Shown here piece after piece: positions 35,422 to 39,250 of a stretch of DNA of 39,250 nucleotides. Each line of letters starts with the position of its first letter. Position 1 is the first letter of the stretch. The DNA comes from a virus (Duplodnaviria > Caudoviricetes). Position numbers and translations under genes: made by a program. The notes beneath the pieces were generated by a model. The model made no database searches, was not told where the DNA came from, and worked only from the letters and a program-made list of their open reading frames with translations. The DNA lies in the IMG/VR virus record IMGVR_UViG_3300037484_000690, positions 1 to 39,250 of that record. The stretch is one strand, 5' to 3'.

Positions 35422-35450
35422 TTGACTCCCGGACACCCACATGAGACTAT
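35422..35450 (+). promoter_or_regulatory. Sigma70-like promoter for the nuclease/recombination operon
   Basis: TTGACT-17 bp-GACTAT with TG extension. Confidence 0.45.
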
Positions 35451-35484
35451 CCGGTCAGCAAACAACCCCAACCTGGGAGCATGT

Positions 35485-36207
35485 ACGCCAACACCCACAT
35501 TTGGTTACTTCAACGCCGCGGGTGAGAGAGTGCCCGGTTGCACGACGGTCCTGAACGCCGTTTCCTTCGGCTCGACAGATGGCCTGCTCTTTTGGGCCGC
35601 GAAGTGCGCCAAGGAAGGAAAGGATTTCAACGTAATCAAGGAGCGCGCTGGCGAGGTCGGCACCTTCATCCATGACGAGCTGGAGCAGCGCACATCCCCA
35701 GACGAACCCCTACCCGCTAAGCCCCCATGGATGACCCCCGAAGAGGAGGCCAAGTTCTCCCTGGCTATCCAGGAGTGGGACGCCTGGGTCAAGCTCAACA
35801 ACCCCATCATCTCGGTTCGCGAGCAACAGCTTGTGGACGAGGAGCTGCAAGCGGGGGGGACCGCAGACCTGATCGTGGAGCTGGACGGCGTCCTGTACCT
35901 GGCCGACCACAAGTCAGGCAAGTCCGTGGACAAGAAGAAGGTGTGCGCACAGATGGCCTTCTACGCGCATCTCGCCCGCAAGAACCTAGGCGTTGACGTC
36001 CGCCAGGGACTAGTGCTCCACTACGGCGTGACGGGCCTCAAGCCCATCTTCTTCGATGAATCCCAGATGGCGTGGGGCCTGGAGATGTTCAAGCTGGCTC
36101 GCCAGGTCTACTCGTTCCTGCCGACGTTCCCCAACCCCAAGGCCGTGCCCGCCAAGAAGCGCGCCCCCCGCGCCATGAAGTCCCTCACCAAGAAGGTGAC
36201 CACGTGA
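35485..36207 (+). CDS. PD-(D/E)XK exonuclease (Cas4/RecB-like); start uncertain
   Basis: RVPGCTTVL, GTFIH, EQQL, GGTADL, ADHKSG and AQMAFYA motifs. Confidence 0.85.
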   Translation, partial: TPTPTFGYFNAAGERVPGCTTVLNAVSFGSTDGLLFWAAKCAKEGKDFNVIKERAGEVGTFIHDELEQRTSPDEPLPAKPPWMTPEEEAKFSLAIQEWDAWVKLNNPIISVREQQLVDEELQAGGTADLIVELDGVLYLADHKSGKSVDKKKVCAQMAFYAHLARKNLGVDVRQGLVLHYGVTGLKPIFFDESQMAWGLEMFKLARQVYSFLPTFPNPKAVPAKKRAPRAMKSLTKKVTT

Positions 36208-36389
36208 AACGCCCCTCCTCCGCAGCCCCCCGCTCCCCGTCGTACCCCATCATTCACATCGCCCGAGGCTCGGACGGCGCTGCCGAGTGTGGGGTGCACG
36301 TGTCCCGGCTCAAGCCTGGGCACACCATCGAGGAAGCGCCCCAGGGTCCTGACGTGTGCGCAACGTGCCTGACGATTCGGGGGGAGTAA
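36204..36389 (+). CDS. Small zinc-binding protein (H...C...CxxC)
   Basis: GTGA coupling; IHI...ECG...CATC. Confidence 0.55.
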   Translation: MKRPSSAAPRSPSYPIIHIARGSDGAAECGVHVSRLKPGHTIEEAPQGPDVCATCLTIRGE

Positions 36390-36574
36390 TGGGCCCCCGC
36401 GATCTGGCGTCCCTGAAGCTCACCCAGGCACTGGTGGCCGGAATTCACGTCACGTGGTCGGGTGAGGTAACCCCCGTGTGGTGCCCCGTCCGCTGCGACT
36501 GTCGCGCGAGCAAGACGTGGCGCGCCCTGAGGGACCTCCTGAAAGTCCTGGACCCGGAAGGGGAGGAAGAATGA
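36389..36574 (+). CDS. Hypothetical protein
   Basis: TAATG coupling; GGGGGAG RBS. Confidence 0.55.
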   Translation: MGPRDLASLKLTQALVAGIHVTWSGEVTPVWCPVRCDCRASKTWRALRDLLKVLDPEGEEE

Positions 36575-36777
36575 GACCCCTGGATTACGCCCTGGTGGCC
36601 GTGACATGCGCCTCCACGGCCATCGCCCTCACCGCCCGGGACTCCCTCCGCAAGCTCCGGAGGGACCTAGAGCACAATTTCCAGCAACTGCTGGGCGTGT
36701 TTCGGGCGGTCGGTGTGCCGGTGACGTTGTGCGAGACGTACAAGGAAGCCGTCAAACAGGAGAAGGAGGACAAATGA
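36571..36777 (+). CDS. Hypothetical membrane-anchored protein
   Basis: GGAGG RBS; ATGA coupling. Confidence 0.6.
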   Translation: MRPLDYALVAVTCASTAIALTARDSLRKLRRDLEHNFQQLLGVFRAVGVPVTLCETYKEAVKQEKEDK

Positions 36778-37073
36778 AAGCCCGACTCCCCGTCCAGTAC
36801 CAGTGCCTCAACTGTAGGCTCCCCATACCCCTCTGGCGACGCTCCCCCCGGGTCGTGCACTGCTCAGACGAATGCCGGATCGAACACGCCCAGTCCCGGT
36901 ACCTGTACCGCCAGGTCCTGGCTCGAACCGTGGACTACTGCGCCCCGTTCCGGGTCTCCCGGCGCGGGAACCAGGGCCCCCGGCTCATCGCTATGTCGAG
37001 CAACCGGGTTGTTCTCAGGCACCTTCGGCTCGCCCGCCAGGAGCTTAGGGCGCGGGCACTGGGGGAGCGGTGA
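36774..37073 (+). CDS. Basic zinc-finger protein (CLNC...CSDEC)
   Basis: AGGAGG RBS; motif visible. Confidence 0.65.
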   Translation: MKARLPVQYQCLNCRLPIPLWRRSPRVVHCSDECRIEHAQSRYLYRQVLARTVDYCAPFRVSRRGNQGPRLIAMSSNRVVLRHLRLARQELRARALGER

Positions 37074-37480
37074 AGCCCGACAAGGGAGAGAGGGACCGGG
37101 CGTCCAGGCTGGGGCGCCAGTTTGCGCTCACGGTGGCGGAGTACGAGGAGATCCTAGAGCATCAGGGTGGGTGTTGCGCGGTCTGTGGACGCCCTCCCTG
37201 CAACGTGCGCCTAGCGGTGGACCACTCCCACCGCACGGGCGAGGTCCGGGGGCTGCTGGACTACTCCTGCAACCACGCCATAGGCGTGTTCCGGGACCGG
37301 GAGGATCTGCTGATGGCGGCAGCGCAGTACCTCGCTCACCCCCCGGCCGAAGAGGCCCTAGGCGGCAAGCGCTGGGGGCTGAGGGGGCGAGTCGGCAACA
37401 AGGTCGCTACGGTAAAGAAGCTCAACTCGGGAGTGACGGACGCTCGTAAGCTCCCCCAGAACCAGAAGGGTAAGAAATGA
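37070..37480 (+). CDS. Recombination endonuclease VII family protein
   Basis: QGGCCAVCG, LAVDHSHRTGEVRGLL and CNHAIG motifs. Confidence 0.85.
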   Translation: MKPDKGERDRASRLGRQFALTVAEYEEILEHQGGCCAVCGRPPCNVRLAVDHSHRTGEVRGLLDYSCNHAIGVFRDREDLLMAAAQYLAHPPAEEALGGKRWGLRGRVGNKVATVKKLNSGVTDARKLPQNQKGKK

Positions 37481-38043
37481 GAGCCTCCGACATGAAGATC
37501 CTGCCGGCCCTAGAGGTCAAGTGCCTTCGGGATCCGGGTTACGTCTACGTCCCGGGTCAAGGGGGCTGTGGGCCCTGCCCCTTCCTGGAGGTCCAGAACG
37601 TGGACGCCTGTAGCGCCATGCTTAGGGAGGCCCGGGAGCAGGAGAAGAACCAGGCATGGATACGGGCTGTCCAGGGTTCCCCCAGTCTGCATCCAGCGAC
37701 CGGAAACCTCGTCCCCGGCGTCACCCACCCCCTCACCCCCGTGTCTCGCAAGGCCACACCCCTGGCGACCGGATGCCTGGACTACTTCCCGGCGGCCCTC
37801 TCGGCCGTGGCCCAGCTCTCCCGGGCGGGGAACGACAAGCACAACCCCGGAGAGCCCATGCACTGGGCTCGAGGCAAGAGCATGGATCATGCCGACTGCA
37901 TCCTTCGCCACATGGCCGAGCGCGGGACCATCGACCTCGAGGACGGCATATCGCATACCGTAAAGGTGGCTTGGAGGGCCCTGGCGCTCCTTCAGGAGGA
38001 GCTGGAAGCGGCGGGGGCCCCCAGGGCCAGGGGGGCGAAGTGA
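37477..38043 (+). CDS. dATP/dGTP diphosphohydrolase-domain protein (DUF5664-like)
   Basis: ALSAVAQLSRAGNDKH...W...CILRH...D.EDGISH...AWRALALL. Confidence 0.75.
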   Translation: MRASDMKILPALEVKCLRDPGYVYVPGQGGCGPCPFLEVQNVDACSAMLREAREQEKNQAWIRAVQGSPSLHPATGNLVPGVTHPLTPVSRKATPLATGCLDYFPAALSAVAQLSRAGNDKHNPGEPMHWARGKSMDHADCILRHMAERGTIDLEDGISHTVKVAWRALALLQEELEAAGAPRARGAK

Positions 38044-38240
38044 GCGATACCTGGGATACCGACGGGGCCAGTCTAACGCTATGGCCGCCCCACCAGACCT
38101 CGCCCCCGGGAACCGTGGTGACGATCGGGGTACAGGACGCGGACGGGGCCTCCATTCACCTGGACGACCATGGGGTGCGATGGCTTCGCGACCAGCTCAT
38201 GGTGGCGCTGATCCGCTATACCGACCGGAGGAACCAATGA
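38040..38240 (+). CDS. Hypothetical protein
   Basis: GTGA coupling; fills the gap in the operon. Confidence 0.55.
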   Translation: MSDTWDTDGASLTLWPPHQTSPPGTVVTIGVQDADGASIHLDDHGVRWLRDQLMVALIRYTDRRNQ

Positions 38241-38404
38241 GCATCCTTCACGTAGTCCCCTCGAATCCAGACCTCATGTACCGGCGTTACTTCGCCTGCG
38301 ACTCGGCTCCGGAGGCCTGCACGAGGTGCACCATGGGCGAGTGCCTTCGGCTTCGGGACCCTAGAGTCCCGGTCGAGCCTCCCCCGGGACCAAAGGCCGC
38401 TTGA
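38237..38404 (+). CDS. Small Cys-rich protein
   Basis: GGAGG RBS; ATGA coupling. Confidence 0.5.
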   Translation: MSILHVVPSNPDLMYRRYFACDSAPEACTRCTMGECLRLRDPRVPVEPPPGPKAA

Positions 38405-38429
38405 CAGAGAAGCGGGGAAGCGGTAGAAC
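38401..38429 (+). promoter_or_regulatory. Sigma70 promoter TTGACA-17 bp-TAGAAC (leadered)
   Basis: Consensus -35; followed by a leader with GGAG RBS. Confidence 0.65.
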
Positions 38430-38475
38430 GGAACATCAAAGTTCAACCAAGTGGACCAAGTGGGACGGAGAAGAC

Positions 38476-38811
38476 ATGGCGAAGCTGAATGGCGGTTCGT
38501 GGCGGTCTCTTCAGAAGGAGCCGGTTGGCACGGTCACGGAGGGGGCGTTCGTTAACTTCCGCGCTAACGTGCCGTCGCAGAATCCGGCCTATCCGCCGCA
38601 GGGCGTCCTGAAGATGGAGGTTGACGGCGAGGAGATCACGATCGGCTGCCCCAAGCAGTTGGCGGGCGTGTTCGAGGAGCACGACGGGAAGATTGCTCCC
38701 GGTACCATCATCTCCATCACCTACAACGGCCAGAAGCAGGGCAAGAAGGGCGGGAAAGCCTACCACTTTTTCGACGTCGAGACCGTTGACGAGCCGGGCA
38801 GCAACGGGTAG
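38476..38811 (+). CDS. Putative single-stranded DNA-binding (OB-fold-like) protein
   Basis: Beta-rich pattern GTIISITYNGQK...YHFFDV; own promoter and terminator; upstream of the primase. Confidence 0.55.
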   Translation: MAKLNGGSWRSLQKEPVGTVTEGAFVNFRANVPSQNPAYPPQGVLKMEVDGEEITIGCPKQLAGVFEEHDGKIAPGTIISITYNGQKQGKKGGKAYHFFDVETVDEPGSNG

Positions 38812-38831
38812 CGTATAGCTGCCCCAGTCTC

Positions 38832-38867
38832 CCGCCTCCGCCCGAAAGGGTGGGGGCGGTTTTGTTT
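38832..38867 (+). terminator. Rho-independent terminator
   Basis: 12-bp stem CCGCCTCCGCCC/GGGTGGGGGCGG, GAAA loop, TTTTGTTT tail. Confidence 0.9.
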
Positions 38868-38873
38868 CGGCGG

Positions 38874-38908
38874 TTGACGCGCTCCACCGAAGACGGTACA
38901 AGGTAACC
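38874..38908 (+). promoter_or_regulatory. Leaderless promoter of the primase-helicase
   Basis: TTGACG-17 bp-TACAAG, 6 nt, ATG 38909. Confidence 0.7.
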
Positions 38909-39250
38909 ATGGACCAGACCCAAGACCTCAGCATCGCGGAGTCCTTCATCGAGGCCCTGACGGGGGCCCCTGACTCCCCCGTCACCTTCCAGACATTCGT
39001 GGAGCCCAGGGACGCGGGATCCGAGTTGCAGCCCCAGATATTCCACGGCCCCGTCAAGAAGTGGTGGCCCCGGCTCATGGAACTTCAGGACGCAGGCCAC
39101 GGTATTTATTACATGGTGAACGAGGGCAACGGACGCGGGCGCAGGGAGGAGAACGTCAAGGCCCTTCGCGCCCTCTTCGTGGACCACGACGGAACGGGCG
39201 GGGAGCCGGCGCAGGGGATGCGGGAGATGCTGTTCATCCCGGAGCCCCAT
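38909..39250 (+). CDS. Primase-helicase, 5' part (continues into position 128 onward)
   Basis: MDQTQDLSIAESFIEAL...GIYYMVNEGNGRGRREENVKALRALFVDHD; in frame with the ORF at 56. Confidence 0.85.
   Translation, partial: MDQTQDLSIAESFIEALTGAPDSPVTFQTFVEPRDAGSELQPQIFHGPVKKWWPRLMELQDAGHGIYYMVNEGNGRGRREENVKALRALFVDHDGTGGEPAQGMREMLFIPEPH
39124..39250. repeat. Terminal direct repeat, right copy
   Basis: Identical to 1-127. Confidence 0.95.

Noticed and set aside
35485-36207. Cas4 / CRISPR-associated role for the nuclease
   Set aside because: Lacks the four-Cys Fe-S pattern; context is an ordinary phage recombination operon
37477-38043. 2-aminoadenine (Z-genome) system
   Set aside because: No PurZ, DatZ or DpoZ homologue is recognisable, and a Dam-type adenine methyltransferase is present

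Overview
The window is a complete, circularly assembled genome of a GC-rich tailed phage with podovirus-like organisation. Bases 1-127 are identical to 39124-39250, so the unit length is about 39,123 bp and the overlap is probably a k-mer assembly artefact. The minus strand (29.1 kb to 4.7 kb) holds one long morphogenesis operon: putative small terminase, large terminase, portal, scaffold, major capsid, virion proteins, a lysis cassette whose only cell-wall enzyme candidate is a Tlde1/DUF2778-like L,D-transpeptidase, two beta-helix tailspikes, adaptor, nozzle and three ejection-type proteins. The plus strand (29.5 kb through the junction to 4.7 kb) holds early and replication genes: beta-clamp-like protein, HExxH protein, pentapeptide-repeat protein, PD-(D/E)XK nuclease, endonuclease VII, DUF5664-like nucleotide hydrolase, SSB-like protein, RepB-type primase-helicase, Dam-type methyltransferase and a sigma-like factor. 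I recognise no integrase, CI-like repressor, DNA polymerase, tRNA or CRISPR array. The most interesting signal is regulatory. A Myxococcus-type LexA-like box sits inside back-to-back sigma70 promoters at the early/late divergence point. Seven sigma70-like promoters have the ATG 6-7 nt after the -10 box (leaderless mRNAs), and four of them carry a GTCCC-N8-GGGAC palindrome against the -35. There is also a structured RNA leader in front of the capsid gene and a paired motif upstream of both minus-strand transcription units. All product calls come from motif recognition by eye; no database search was run.
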